Shown: positions 38,539-49,455, counted from the first letter of the stretch. The stretch: 64,000 bases of DNA from Desulfobacterales bacterium (GCA_040235505.1 JBECKW010000059.1:45019-109018), one strand, 5' to 3'. The notes: generated from the letters alone by a model not told the origin. A program made the numbers and translations.

Positions 38539-39480
38539 TTGACAATGAGACGAAAAAATTATTCCTTCCTAATTTTCAATCACACCGGTTCCCCCATTAA
38601 AAGGCTTTCGGTTTCTCATAAACTCATCGGCGCATCTATTTGTGTCGTTGCAATTTTTTTCATCGCCCTGACGATTTTTGCCATTAATTACGTTTCCCTC
38701 ATTAAAGGCGCCGATAAGGCAATCGTGCTGGCAGGAAAAATTACCCAGAAGGATGATCTTATCGATCAACAGCGGAACCAGATTCAGGATTTTGCCGTCC
38801 AAATAAATGAACTCAAATCCGAACTATCGGATTTGAAGGATTTTGAAAAAAAGATGCGCATTATTGCGAATCTTAATGTTGATGAAGATAAAAACGAAAA
38901 CTTGTCGGGTGTCGGCGGATCCATGCCCGACGATCTGGATCCAACGGTCGAGATGAAGGCAAAACAAAGTGCCCTCATACAGGAAATGCACGAACAGGTA
39001 AATCACCTGGATCAGGTGGCGGTTTCCCAGCAGGAACGATTCGAGACTCTATATAAGCACATGGAAAAGCAGCGGAATATGCTCGCCTGCACCCCCACCA
39101 TTCGACCGGTTGATGATGGTTACATCACCTCTAATTTCGGCTATCGAATCTCTCCGTTTACCGAACGAAAAGAATTTCACAAAGGATTGGATATCGCGGC
39201 CAAGCTGGGAAGCCCCATCATTGCAACGGCAGATGGCGTAATCTCTTTTGCCGGCAAGAATGGACTTCTGGGAAATATGGTCGCCATTGACCACGGGTAT
39301 GGGATTACCACCCGCTATGGACATTGTTCGAAAATTCTTAAAAACAAGGGGGATAAGGTAAAACGGGGCGATGTGATCGCACTGGTCGGAAATACGGGAA
39401 GGAGCACCGGACCGCATGTCCATTATGAAGTGAAACTTAATGGCGTCCAGGTGAATCCGGATCGATATATCCTCAATTGA
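38539..39480 (+). CDS. M23 family metallopeptidase with N-terminal TM and coiled coil (EnvC/NlpD-like)
   Basis: HKGLDIAA...GNMVAIDHG...GNTGRSTGPHVHYEV (HxxxD / HxH motifs). Start TTG 38539 or ATG 38545. Confidence 0.85.
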   Translation: MTMRRKNYSFLIFNHTGSPIKRLSVSHKLIGASICVVAIFFIALTIFAINYVSLIKGADKAIVLAGKITQKDDLIDQQRNQIQDFAVQINELKSELSDLKDFEKKMRIIANLNVDEDKNENLSGVGGSMPDDLDPTVEMKAKQSALIQEMHEQVNHLDQVAVSQQERFETLYKHMEKQRNMLACTPTIRPVDDGYITSNFGYRISPFTERKEFHKGLDIAAKLGSPIIATADGVISFAGKNGLLGNMVAIDHGYGITTRYGHCSKILKNKGDKVKRGDVIALVGNTGRSTGPHVHYEVKLNGVQVNPDRYILN

Positions 39481-39710
39481 AATCTTTCATCTAAAAGGGC
39501 TATCCACATATCGCCCTACCTCTCTTTTTTAATGTGTTCATGAGTCCTCTCTTTCAGGACCACCCCGAATAGCCCATGGTTGTGTGCTTGAAGAAATCAA
39601 TTCCGGTACAATTTCCAATATTCGGATAGCTGTGGTTTTTTCATTAAAATGTGCTATAAGAACCGTGAAATTACGGTAGCGCCTATCTTTGAACTCGAAG
39701 GGAAAAGCAA

Positions 39711-42236
39711 ATGGTCATCGACTTTCTGACAAAGGTTTTTGGGAGCAGCAACGAGCGGAAGATCAAAAAAATTCGACCTATTGTAGAAAATATTAATGCG
39801 ATTGAACCCCAGCTTCGGGATTTATCGGATGAGGCCCTGCGGGCATATACGACAAAGTTCAAGGAACAGCTTGAGCAAGGCGCCGAACTGGATGATATTC
39901 TTCCGGAAGCGTTTGCGGTTGTGAGGGAAGCATCGGTTCGTACGCTTAAAATGAGACATTTCGATGTACAGCTCATTGGCGGCGTTGTCCTCCACGAGGG
40001 GAAAATCGCCGAGATGAAGACCGGGGAAGGGAAAACGCTTGTTGCCACACTGCCGGCATACTTGAATGCCCTGAGCGGACGTGGTGTTCATATCGTTACC
40101 GTCAACGATTACCTGGCACACCGCGACACCGAATGGATGGGGAATATCTATCGGTTTTTGGGGCTGACGGTGGACTGTATTACCCACGACCTCAATGATG
40201 CCGAAAGACAAACAGCTTATAACGCAGACATTACCTATGGCACCAACAATGAATTCGGTTTTGACTATTTGAGAGATAACATGAAGTTCAGGTACGAAAC
40301 GCTTGTTCAGCGGTTGCCGTATTATGCCATTGTTGACGAAGTGGACAGTATTCTGATCGATGAAGCCAGAACCCCTCTCATTATTTCCGGACCTGCCGAA
40401 AAGTCGACCCAGTTATATTACCAGGTAAACGGCATCATTCCCGGGATGGTGGAAGAGAAGCATTACACCATTGATGAAAAACAACGAACCGTCATTCTGA
40501 CGGAAGAGGGGGTTGCAAAAGCGGAACACCTTCTTGAAGTGGACAATCTTTACGACCCCAAGCATATCGACCTCCTGCACCATACAAACCAGGCACTCAA
40601 GGCCCATAAACTTTTCAAACGAGATGTGGACTACATTGTAAAGGATGGAGAGGTAATTATCGTCGATGAATTTACCGGCCGTCTGATGCCGGGCCGCCGT
40701 TACAGTGAAGGCCTTCATCAGGCCCTTGAGGCAAAGGAAAATGTAAAAATCGAAAATGAGAATCAGACACTTGCCACCATCACCTTCCAGAACTATTTCA
40801 GGATGTATGAAAAATTGGCAGGTATGACCGGTACTGCGGATACGGAAGCAGCCGAATTTAAAAAGATTTACGATCTTGACGTCATGGTGATTCCCACCAA
40901 CATGCCCATGATCCGGAAAGACCATGCGGATATGATCTACAAAACCAAACGGGAAAAATATGATGCCGCCATCGAAGAAATTGTGGAACGGCATAAAAAT
41001 GGGCAGCCGGTGCTGGTGGGTACTATCTCCATCGATGTCTCCGAGAGTTTCAGTAAAAAACTGAAACGTCGGGGAGTTCCCCATGAGGTGCTCAATGCCA
41101 AAAACCATGAGAAGGAAGCCGAGATTGTTGCAATGGCCGGGCAGAGGGGGGCGGTAACGATCTCCACCAATATGGCCGGACGTGGAACCGATATTGTCCT
41201 CGGGGAAGGGGTGAAAGGTCTTGGCGGACTTCACATTCTCGGAACGGAACGGCACGAGAGCCGTCGAATCGACAACCAGTTGCGGGGGCGTTCGGGCCGT
41301 CAGGGGGATCCAGGCTCCTCCCGCTTTTATCTTGCGCTCGAAGATGATCTTCTTCGTATCTTCGGAGGAGAAAGAATCACAAAAATCATGGAACGCCTCG
41401 GCATGAAGGAGGGGGAACCGATTGAACACGGCCTCATCAGCAAGGCCATTGAAAATGCACAAAACAAGGTGGAAGGACACAATTTCGATATCCGGAAACA
41501 TCTTATCGAATACGATGATGTCATGAACCAACAGCGGGAGGTCATCTATCGGCAGCGGCGGGAGGCCCTTGACGGCCGGAGCCTGAAACCGGTTATCCTG
41601 GATATCATCGGTGAAAAGTCCGAGGACATTGCCTGGGGATATGCCGATGAAAAGCTGCCGGCGGAAGAATGGGATTTGAAGGGCCTTGAAGAGGCGGTTT
41701 TCAAACAATTCAATTTCCGTATGAAGAAACTGGATAAGAACACGCTCGATAATCTCACCGCCGAAGGGATGGCTGAAACAATCCAGGAAGAGGCACATCG
41801 TATCTACGAAGAGCGGGAAGCCTCCATCGGGGAAGAGCATCTTCGACAAATTGAACGAATCGTGATGCTGCAGACCGTCGATAACCTATGGAAAGACCAC
41901 CTGCTGAGTATGGATCATCTGAAGGAGGGCATTGGTCTCCGGGGATATGCCCAGGTGGATCCGCTGATCGTGTATAAAAAAGAAGGCTTCGAAATGTTTC
42001 AGGAAATGATCTCCCGAATCAAGGAGGAGACCATCGGGATCTTGTATCGCGTCCAGGTGGCGGAGCCCGAAAAGATGGAGGTTGCACGACAGCCGGATCC
42101 CCAGCGGCTGGTGTTTTCCCATGGAGATGGATCCACCAAGAAAAAACCCGCAAAGCGTCAAGAAGCCAAGGTCGGACGGAACGATCCATGTCCATGCGGA
42201 AGCGGTAAAAAATATAAAAAATGTTGTGGCGCCTAA
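39711..42236 (+). CDS. secA: preprotein translocase ATPase SecA
   Basis: 841 aa. [10 protein letters not shown] Walker [21 protein letters not shown]-terminal Zn motif [14 protein letters not shown]. Confidence 0.97.
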   Translation: MVIDFLTKVFGSSNERKIKKIRPIVENINAIEPQLRDLSDEALRAYTTKFKEQLEQGAELDDILPEAFAVVREASVRTLKMRHFDVQLIGGVVLHEGKIAEMKTGEGKTLVATLPAYLNALSGRGVHIVTVNDYLAHRDTEWMGNIYRFLGLTVDCITHDLNDAERQTAYNADITYGTNNEFGFDYLRDNMKFRYETLVQRLPYYAIVDEVDSILIDEARTPLIISGPAEKSTQLYYQVNGIIPGMVEEKHYTIDEKQRTVILTEEGVAKAEHLLEVDNLYDPKHIDLLHHTNQALKAHKLFKRDVDYIVKDGEVIIVDEFTGRLMPGRRYSEGLHQALEAKENVKIENENQTLATITFQNYFRMYEKLAGMTGTADTEAAEFKKIYDLDVMVIPTNMPMIRKDHADMIYKTKREKYDAAIEEIVERHKNGQPVLVGTISIDVSESFSKKLKRRGVPHEVLNAKNHEKEAEIVAMAGQRGAVTISTNMAGRGTDIVLGEGVKGLGGLHILGTERHESRRIDNQLRGRSGRQGDPGSSRFYLALEDDLLRIFGGERITKIMERLGMKEGEPIEHGLISKAIENAQNKVEGHNFDIRKHLIEYDDVMNQQREVIYRQRREALDGRSLKPVILDIIGEKSEDIAWGYADEKLPAEEWDLKGLEEAVFKQFNFRMKKLDKNTLDNLTAEGMAETIQEEAHRIYEEREASIGEEHLRQIERIVMLQTVDNLWKDHLLSMDHLKEGIGLRGYAQVDPLIVYKKEGFEMFQEMISRIKEETIGILYRVQVAEPEKMEVARQPDPQRLVFSHGDGSTKKKPAKRQEAKVGRNDPCPCGSGKKYKKCCGA

Positions 42237-42250
42237 TTCGAGTTCTCTCT

Positions 42251-42279
42251 TTACAAGCTCATTTCCGGATGCTTATAAT
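42251..42279 (+). promoter_or_regulatory. sigma-70-like promoter TTACAA-N17-TATAAT upstream of clpS-clpA
   Basis: Hexamers read directly, including a perfect -10. Confidence 0.45.
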
Positions 42280-42382
42280 CCAGGCAGAGGAAATCGGTTT
42301 TGACGGGAAATCCATTCCGGCGTCGTTTTAGAAATATAATACACCGGAGGGGAATTTCCGTACACTGCATCGGGCTCGATAA

Positions 42383-42694
42383 ATGAACGATATTACTCCT
42401 GATATAATTGAAGAGACCCAAACGCATTCGGAGGAACAAGTTCGTGAGCCTGAAATGTATAAGGTTTTTCTCCATAACGACGATTATACTACTATGGACT
42501 TCGTCGTTGAGGTGCTGATGGTTGTATTTTCAAAAGAATTTCAAGAGGCAACCCGTATCATGCTTGATGTTCATCGTCACGGCATTGGACTGTGCGGCGT
42601 GTACACGTATGAGATCGCTGAGACAAAAGTGGAAACTGTGCACGCACTCGCCAGGGAGAACGGGTATCCCCTAAAGTGCAGCATGGAGGCGTAG
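42383..42694 (+). CDS. clpS: ATP-dependent Clp protease adaptor ClpS
   Basis: MYKVFLHNDDYTTMDFVVEVL...ATRIMLDVHRHG. Confidence 0.9.
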   Translation: MNDITPDIIEETQTHSEEQVREPEMYKVFLHNDDYTTMDFVVEVLMVVFSKEFQEATRIMLDVHRHGIGLCGVYTYEIAETKVETVHALARENGYPLKCSMEA

Positions 42695-42697
42695 GTT

Positions 42698-44986
42698 ATG
42701 ATCAGCAAGGAAGTGAGTGCTACCCTTGGGTTTGCCGTTCGGGAGGCAAAACGCAGGCGACATGAATATGTATCCGTGGAACATGTTCTGTTCGCCATCC
42801 TCCATGATAGCGAAGGAACTGAAATCATACATAATTGTGGTGGAGACCCCGAGGAATTGAAACAGGAACTCGAGACCTTCTTCACGGAAAAACTCGAAAC
42901 CATTCCGGAAGGAAGCGAATATGTACTCCAGCAAACCGTGGGGTTTCAACGGGTTATCCAGCGTGCCGTCAATCATGTCCGATCAGCTGAAAAGAGCATC
43001 GTCGCCGTCAGTGACGTGTTGGCGTCCATATTTCTCGAGAAGGATTCACATGCCGCTTTTTTTCTGACGGAACAGGGCGTTTCGCGTGTTGACGTGCTGA
43101 CTTATATCTCACATCAGCTGCCACGGCCGAATGAAAATGAGATTCCCGGAGAGAATGAAAGACAAGAAAGGGAAGAGCGGAAAAAAAAGGCTGATCCCCT
43201 TGCCCTCTATACGATTGAACTTGTTCAACGTGCCAGTGACGGAAAACTCGATCCGCTGATCGGCAGAAAAATTGAACTCGAACGAACCATTCAGGTATTG
43301 TGCCGAAGACGCAAAAACAATCCCGTGTTCGTGGGGGATCCCGGCGTGGGGAAAACCGCCATGGCCGAAGGTCTCGCCATTCGCATCTTTGAAAATAGTA
43401 TTCCGGATTTATTACAGGGAATGCGCATCTACTCCCTTGATATGGGAGCGTTGCTGGCAGGTACAAAATTCCGCGGTGATTTCGAACAGCGTCTGAAGGG
43501 AGTGATCAGCGCACTGAAGAAAAAGAAGGACGCGATTCTGTTCATTGACGAAATCCATACCATCGTGGGCGCCGGCGCCACCAGCAGCGGCTCAATGGAT
43601 GCATCGAATATCCTGAAGCCTGCGCTGTCAACCGGGGACATCCGCTGCATCGGATCCACCACCTATGAAGAATATAAAAACCATTTTGAAAAAGATCGTG
43701 CCCTGTCAAGACGCTTTGAAAAGATTGAAATACGCGAACCGAGCCAGCAGGAATCGGTTCTGATTCTGAAAGGACTGCGTTCCGTTTACGAGTCCCATCA
43801 TGGAATCACCTACACGGATTCGGCCCTGAAAGCGGCGGTGGAACTATCGGCCAAACATCTTAATGATCGATACCTGCCGGACAAAGCCATCGACGTCATT
43901 GACGAGGCCGGAGCTTTCGTGCGTCTCAATGGTGCCGGCCGGCGGAAGAAAATTCATCCTGCCGATATCGAAAAAATTGTCGCCAAGATGGCCAGGATCC
44001 CCATGAGGAGTGTTTCCAGTTCGGACAGATCCAAGCTTCAGACACTATCCGAAAGACTGGGACAGGTCGTCTTCGGTCAGGAAGATGCGATTCGTGGACT
44101 GGTAACGGCCATCAAACGGTCGCGTGCAGGACTCGGATCTCCCGGACGACCGGTGGGTTCCTTTCTTTTTACCGGGCCCACGGGTGTCGGAAAGACCGAG
44201 GTGGCGCGTCAGCTTGCGCTCTGCATGGGGGTGGAGTTTATCCGCTTTGACATGAGCGAATATATGGAAAAACATGCGGTGGCCAGACTTATCGGGGCGC
44301 CGCCGGGATATATCGGATTCGAGCAGGGAGGACTTCTTACGGATGGAATCCGAAAACATCCCTACTGCGTGCTCTTGCTGGATGAAATCGAAAAAGCCCA
44401 CCCGGACATGTTCAATATTTTATTGCAGGTGATGGACCATGCAACTTTAACGGACAACAATGGGAAAAAGGCTGATTTCCGAAACGTTATCCTGATCATG
44501 ACTTCAAACGCCGGTGCCCGTGAGATGAGTACCCAGAGCATCGGTTTCGGGGAAAAAAGCTCTGATGCCCCCGCCAAGGGGAAGAAGGCCGTAGAACAGA
44601 CCTTCAGTCCTGAATTCCGCAACCGTCTGGATGCCATTATTTCTTTCAACGCCCTTTCCCTGGAGATCATGAAGCTGATTGTGGATAAATTCATTGGCGA
44701 GCTGAATGGTCAACTGGCAAACCGAAAGGTGACTTTGAATCTATCGAATACCGCAAGAGAATGGCTGGCCAGAAACGGGCATGATCCCATATATGGTGCC
44801 AGACCGCTTACGCGGCTTATTCAAACCGATATCAAGGACCACATCTCGGATCAAATCCTGTTCGGGAAGTTGGAAAAAGGAGGCGCTATCTCGGTTGAAC
44901 TGGAAAATGGAAAGCTGACTTTTTCCTTTACGCTCGATGACATTGAACAGATAGAGGAACTTGCGGAGGCTCCCCCCGCGATTTAG
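42698..44986 (+). CDS. clpA: ATP-dependent Clp protease ATP-binding subunit ClpA
   Basis: Two AAA+ modules (GDPGVGKTA, GPTGVGKTE), N-domain, 762 aa. Confidence 0.95.
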   Translation: MISKEVSATLGFAVREAKRRRHEYVSVEHVLFAILHDSEGTEIIHNCGGDPEELKQELETFFTEKLETIPEGSEYVLQQTVGFQRVIQRAVNHVRSAEKSIVAVSDVLASIFLEKDSHAAFFLTEQGVSRVDVLTYISHQLPRPNENEIPGENERQEREERKKKADPLALYTIELVQRASDGKLDPLIGRKIELERTIQVLCRRRKNNPVFVGDPGVGKTAMAEGLAIRIFENSIPDLLQGMRIYSLDMGALLAGTKFRGDFEQRLKGVISALKKKKDAILFIDEIHTIVGAGATSSGSMDASNILKPALSTGDIRCIGSTTYEEYKNHFEKDRALSRRFEKIEIREPSQQESVLILKGLRSVYESHHGITYTDSALKAAVELSAKHLNDRYLPDKAIDVIDEAGAFVRLNGAGRRKKIHPADIEKIVAKMARIPMRSVSSSDRSKLQTLSERLGQVVFGQEDAIRGLVTAIKRSRAGLGSPGRPVGSFLFTGPTGVGKTEVARQLALCMGVEFIRFDMSEYMEKHAVARLIGAPPGYIGFEQGGLLTDGIRKHPYCVLLLDEIEKAHPDMFNILLQVMDHATLTDNNGKKADFRNVILIMTSNAGAREMSTQSIGFGEKSSDAPAKGKKAVEQTFSPEFRNRLDAIISFNALSLEIMKLIVDKFIGELNGQLANRKVTLNLSNTAREWLARNGHDPIYGARPLTRLIQTDIKDHISDQILFGKLEKGGAISVELENGKLTFSFTLDDIEQIEELAEAPPAI

Positions 44987-45006
44987 CGGTCGATGGCCAT
45001 TTATTC

Positions 45007-45690
45007 ATGACGACTTTTCTTCTCTCGGAAGAACTTTTTTTCCCGCCCCCCGGTCTTGCCAATCCTGACGGTCTCCTGGCCATTGGGGGAGATCTGAGTG
45101 AAGAGCGTCTGATCATGGCCTATCAAATGGGAATTTTCCCATGGTACTCCGAAGGAGATCCGGTCCTATGGTGGTCGCCGGACCCGAGACTCATCCTTCT
45201 GCCCGAAGAATTTCATGTATCAAGGAGCCTGAAGAAGGTAATTGCACAAAAGCAATTCCAAATTACCTTCGACACCGCTTTTCAGAATGTGGTGACCGGA
45301 TGCAGCGGTCGGCGGCCAAAATCCCGCGGCACATGGATTGTCCCTGAAATGGCGGCTGCCTACCAGCGGTTGCACGAATCGGGAATCGCGCATTCTGTAG
45401 AGGCATGGCAGGGGGAAACGCTGGTAGGGGGATTATATGGTGTGAGTCTCGGTGGAAGCTTTTTTGGCGAATCCATGTTCTCGCATGTCCCAAACGCCTC
45501 CAAAGTGGCTATGTGGGCGCTGGTTTCCCATGTCAAAAAGAAAGGATTTGACCTGGTGGATTGTCAGGTAACCAGCGAGCATCTTCTGAGATTGGGTGCA
45601 AAAGAGCTGCCCCGAAAGACTTTTCTTGCCATGCTGAAAAGAGCGATGCAAAAACCTACCTTGACCGGAAAATGGAAGCCTGAGATTTAA
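45007..45690 (+). CDS. aat: leucyl/phenylalanyl-tRNA--protein transferase
   Basis: LLAIGGDLSEERLIMAYQMGIFPWYSEGDPVLWWSPDPR, GESMFS. Confidence 0.9.
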   Translation: MTTFLLSEELFFPPPGLANPDGLLAIGGDLSEERLIMAYQMGIFPWYSEGDPVLWWSPDPRLILLPEEFHVSRSLKKVIAQKQFQITFDTAFQNVVTGCSGRRPKSRGTWIVPEMAAAYQRLHESGIAHSVEAWQGETLVGGLYGVSLGGSFFGESMFSHVPNASKVAMWALVSHVKKKGFDLVDCQVTSEHLLRLGAKELPRKTFLAMLKRAMQKPTLTGKWKPEI

Positions 45691-45701
45691 GAGAGAAAAA
45701 A

Positions 45702-46463
45702 TCACTGCTCCGGAAGAACCGCCTCCGTCAACTCTCCCATGAACCTGCCGACGGCAACCTTGCTTTGAATTTTCACGGGGATATGGCGCCGGTCTGCAGT
45801 TATCCAGATTTGAATATTCGAGTCTTTGCTTTTTTCAAAAACACCGCCGACATCCTTGAGATCCGGTTCGATCAGTAAGGTATCATAGGTGCCGGCGGGG
45901 ACTGTTATGGTTTGCCTTTTGATAATGTTGCCAATGCCGATGACGCATTTTTTTCCGTCGGAAACAGGGCGTTCAATACTCGAAATGCCTTCCAGATCCG
46001 AGAACCGGACATAATAGAAAATCCCTAATGGATCGAATGCTCCCGGCAAGAGTTCGACCGGAGGTTTTTTTTTGCCGTCTTTCTCATAAACGACCTGTTT
46101 GCTTTTCCAGTCGAAAGTTGCGGTAATATTCCGTTTGGTGTTGCCCTCCCGTTGCTTTTTTTTATAAAGCAAGCTGTGGGTCATCCCGGAATCCGCATAC
46201 GAATCGATACGATCCCTGACTTTGTAAAACAGATCGAGGAAGGAGTTGGACTTTGCCGTCATAACAAAGTGAAAGACCGTCTCTCCATCTATTTCCGCCA
46301 TGGGCTCCACTTTCAGTTCCGCTTCTCCGGCAGGAATGAATTCCCAACGCAACTGGAACTTCAACTTTTCGCCGGGCTTGAATGGCGCATCGGATGCGCA
46401 GACCGCTGCGGTCGGGGAGAGGAACAAGATGATAAAAAGAGCTGTAAAAAACTTATGAAACAT
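45702..46463 (-). CDS. secreted DUF3108-like protein
   Basis: Signal peptide. Beta-rich pattern (LKFQLRWEFIPAGEAEL..., FYKVRDRIDSY) that I associate with DUF3108. Not verified. Confidence 0.5.
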   Translation of the reverse strand: MFHKFFTALFIILFLSPTAAVCASDAPFKPGEKLKFQLRWEFIPAGEAELKVEPMAEIDGETVFHFVMTAKSNSFLDLFYKVRDRIDSYADSGMTHSLLYKKKQREGNTKRNITATFDWKSKQVVYEKDGKKKPPVELLPGAFDPLGIFYYVRFSDLEGISSIERPVSDGKKCVIGIGNIIKRQTITVPAGTYDTLLIEPDLKDVGGVFEKSKDSNIQIWITADRRHIPVKIQSKVAVGRFMGELTEAVLPEQ

Positions 46464-46498
46464 GAGTTTTAAACCTGGTCACGGTTATGGGGATCCCT

Positions 46499-46795
46499 TT
46501 ACACCTGGGCGCCTTCCATGGGGGCCGCACCCAGAGGCGTCGTCGCTTCGCCGTTGATTTTATCCCCGTCCACCGTGGCGCTGTAGGTTACGTCAAAGGA
46601 GCCCATCGGCGTTTTGGTTTCCGCCTGCCACTTAAGTTGATTGCCGTTGATGCGGCCGCCGCTGAAATTCGATGCGCCGAAGGGGGTTTGCATGCTGCCG
46701 CTGAAGGAGTTTCCGGATGACCGGATGGTCAAATCGCCCTCCAGGGAACCCATGGGGGTTTTGACCGTTACGTGATAGGTACCGTCAAAAGGCAT
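46499..46795 (-). CDS. 98-aa hypothetical protein with an internal duplication (KTPMGS-x19-TP[FL]GA, twice)
   Basis: GAGGAGG SD. Two equal-length repeat units read directly. Confidence 0.55.
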   Translation of the reverse strand: MPFDGTYHVTVKTPMGSLEGDLTIRSSGNSFSGSMQTPFGASNFSGGRINGNQLKWQAETKTPMGSFDVTYSATVDGDKINGEATTPLGAAPMEGAQV

Positions 46796-46849
46796 ATCGC
46801 CTCCTCTTTGCAGGTTTCCGACATATGGAGTGTCGGCTCAAGGTGCGGG

Positions 46850-47770
46850 TTATTGGGCAATATCCCGTTCGATAAGGCCTCCCGGTCCAGGGGCGGACGG
46901 GGAGGGGGGAGCGGATGCCTTTTCGCTCGAAGCACCGCTTGAAACGGGTGCGGCTGACTGCTTTCCAGTCGGACTCGATATTCCCGCCTTTACTTCAAGT
47001 GCACCGATTCTGCCTTCCATCTGCCTGATTGACTGTAGCATGCCGCCGGTCTGTTTGTCATTCTGTGCCCGGTTTGCCTTCAACACATTCTCCACGTGAT
47101 CGATCTCCGTTAAGAGATCTTTTTTAGACGCTTTGTCCGTCTGTATGGCATCCAATACAGCCTTTAATGCGTTTAATTTTTCCGAGACCTGTGCGGATGA
47201 AGCCTCCATTTCAGTGAGAGTAACTTTCAGCTTTGCAGACATGACCGCAGTGTCGGCGGTGTTTTTCTTGACGGATTCGGTCAGTGCGGCAACTTCATTT
47301 TCGACATTATTGACAGAAGCGGAAAGTTCTTTTTTATCTGCCTTGGTCGACTTGAGGCTTGAAACGGATTTGCCGACTTTTTCAAGTTCGCTTTTGACGG
47401 AAGTCAAGGATTCCGTCAGCTTGTTCTGACCTTCGGTAAGGTTTTTAAGAGAGACTTCCAGGTCCGAGAACTTGTTGGAAAGATTTGTAAATTTCGATTG
47501 AAGATCTTCTGAAAGATGCTGCGTTTCCATGGACCCGGAACTGTGTACCGACATCAGCCTGTTTCGAATATCGAAATAACCGGCAATCATGGCGCCCACC
47601 AGAATGACGATGAGCACATAGGGGATCCATGTGATATTCCGATCCGGCTGCTGCCCCCTGTTCATAATTATGGCTTCAGAGGTCTTTGGAGTTGGTTTCC
47701 TGACATCGTCCTGTTCGAGCAAACCGTCATCCAGACTGATTTTAAATTCCTGATCCGGTTTATCGTTCAT
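46850..47770 (-). CDS. single-pass membrane protein with long coiled-coil domain and Ala/Pro/Ser-rich tail
   Basis: TM segment WIPYVLIVILVGAMIAGYF, then heptad-like Ser/Lys/Glu/Leu-rich sequence. The start lies 5 nt after the guaA stop. Confidence 0.6.
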   Translation of the reverse strand: MNDKPDQEFKISLDDGLLEQDDVRKPTPKTSEAIIMNRGQQPDRNITWIPYVLIVILVGAMIAGYFDIRNRLMSVHSSGSMETQHLSEDLQSKFTNLSNKFSDLEVSLKNLTEGQNKLTESLTSVKSELEKVGKSVSSLKSTKADKKELSASVNNVENEVAALTESVKKNTADTAVMSAKLKVTLTEMEASSAQVSEKLNALKAVLDAIQTDKASKKDLLTEIDHVENVLKANRAQNDKQTGGMLQSIRQMEGRIGALEVKAGISSPTGKQSAAPVSSGASSEKASAPPSPSAPGPGGLIERDIAQ

Positions 47771-47774
47771 TTAT

Positions 47775-49304
47775 TTATTCCCATTCGATAGTGCTTGGTG
47801 GTTTGGAGCTAATATCATATACTACCCGATTGACACCTGTCACTTCATTAATGATGCGGTTGGATATTTTCCCCAGAAGTGCATGGGGGAGTTTCGCCCA
47901 ATCGGCGGTCATGGCATCCTTGCTGGTTACCGCCCTAATTGCGATGATGTTTTCATAGGTGCGTTTATCCCCCATGACGCCGACGCTTTTGAGCGGAAGC
48001 AGCACGGCAAAGGACTGCCAAAGCTTCTTATAGTAGCCGTTTGCCTTTATTTCGCCGATGAGAATGTCATCCACCTCTCTGAGGATATTCAGCCGTTTTG
48101 CGGTGATATCGCCCAAAATGCGTATGGCCAGACCCGGTCCCGGAAACGGTTGACGCCATACCAATTCATCCGGAATCCCAAGTGCTTTTCCGAGTTTTCG
48201 GACCTCGTCCTTAAAAAGATATTTGAGCGGCTCGACCAATTTAAGCTTCATTTTTTTGGGAAGCCCCCCCACATTATGGTGGGATTTAATCACTGAGGAC
48301 GGACCGCCGAAAGCGGAGCGGGATTCGATGATGTCCGGGTACAGGGTTCCCTGGGCTAAAAATTCCGCCCCTTTTATTTTTTTTGCCTCCGCTTCAAACA
48401 CGTCCATGAAAATACGGCCAATAAGTTTGCGTTTTTTTTCTGGATCCGTAACTCCAGACAAAGCGGACAGGAATTGTTTCCCGGCGTTGACAAAGCGGAT
48501 ATTGATGTGAAGATTCTCCGTAAGCACTTTTTTAAGCTTGAGAGCTTCGTCTTTGCGAAGGAGTCCGTTATCGACGAAAATACAGGTCAGACGATTTCCG
48601 ATGGCCTGATGGATCAGGACTGCGGTGACTGTGGAATCCACGCCGCCACTGAGTCCCAGAATAACTTTTTTATCTCCGACCTGTTCGCCGACTTGCGTCA
48701 CGGCGTCCCTGGAGAAGGACGCCATGGTCCAGGAACGCTTGCATCCGCAGACTTCCTTGAGAAAATTACCCAGCATTTTTTTTCCGAACTGGGTATGTCC
48801 CACCTCCGGGTGAAATTGAAGCCCGTACAGCTTTTTCCTTGAATTCACGGTGGCTGCCACCGGTGTGTTTTGAGTGGAGGCTGTGATGACAAAGCCATCA
48901 GGAAGGGCCTTGATGGAATCCCCGTGGCTCATCCAGGAAGTGGATGTTTTCGGAATCCCCTCGAAAATACTGGATTTTTTTTCAAGTTTCAGCTCTGCAA
49001 AACCGTATTCGCGCTGTTTCGACCGTTTTACATCCCCACCGAGTGCGTTGACCATAAACTGCATGCCGTAGCAGATCCCCAGAACGGGGATTCCGAGATC
49101 GAAAATGCCCGGATCGACCTTGGGACTTCCCGTTTCATAAATGCTCGCGGGGCCGCCGGAGAGGATGATACCTTCCGGTTTAAGGCCGCGAATTGTTTCA
49201 ATGGAGATGGTCGGGGGTTCAATTTGACAATACACACGATGCTCTCTCACGCGACGTGCAATCAACTGGTTATACTGTGAGCCGAAATCAATGATTAAAA
49301 TCAT
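47775..49304 (-). CDS. guaA: GMP synthase (glutamine-hydrolysing)
   Basis: GATase domain (GICYGMQ), ATP-PPase SGGVDS, C-terminal IEWE. Confidence 0.97.
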   Translation of the reverse strand: MILIIDFGSQYNQLIARRVREHRVYCQIEPPTISIETIRGLKPEGIILSGGPASIYETGSPKVDPGIFDLGIPVLGICYGMQFMVNALGGDVKRSKQREYGFAELKLEKKSSIFEGIPKTSTSWMSHGDSIKALPDGFVITASTQNTPVAATVNSRKKLYGLQFHPEVGHTQFGKKMLGNFLKEVCGCKRSWTMASFSRDAVTQVGEQVGDKKVILGLSGGVDSTVTAVLIHQAIGNRLTCIFVDNGLLRKDEALKLKKVLTENLHINIRFVNAGKQFLSALSGVTDPEKKRKLIGRIFMDVFEAEAKKIKGAEFLAQGTLYPDIIESRSAFGGPSSVIKSHHNVGGLPKKMKLKLVEPLKYLFKDEVRKLGKALGIPDELVWRQPFPGPGLAIRILGDITAKRLNILREVDDILIGEIKANGYYKKLWQSFAVLLPLKSVGVMGDKRTYENIIAIRAVTSKDAMTADWAKLPHALLGKISNRIINEVTGVNRVVYDISSKPPSTIEWE

Positions 49305-49455
49305 GAGGATTCCTCATTTATGTATATTCTGTGATAATGGACTGTCTTTAATTGCTTTAAGAGTGTGAATATGTTAAAGACAACAGAAAAAGTCAACCGT
49401 ATTTTAATGTTGTATGAACCTGTGATTTGTTTTGTGAACGGGGCGGTCTGAAGGC

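Noticed and set aside
40413-41849. 478-aa ORF on the minus strand
   Set aside because: It is antisense to secA, whose identity is unambiguous. This is a shadow ORF.
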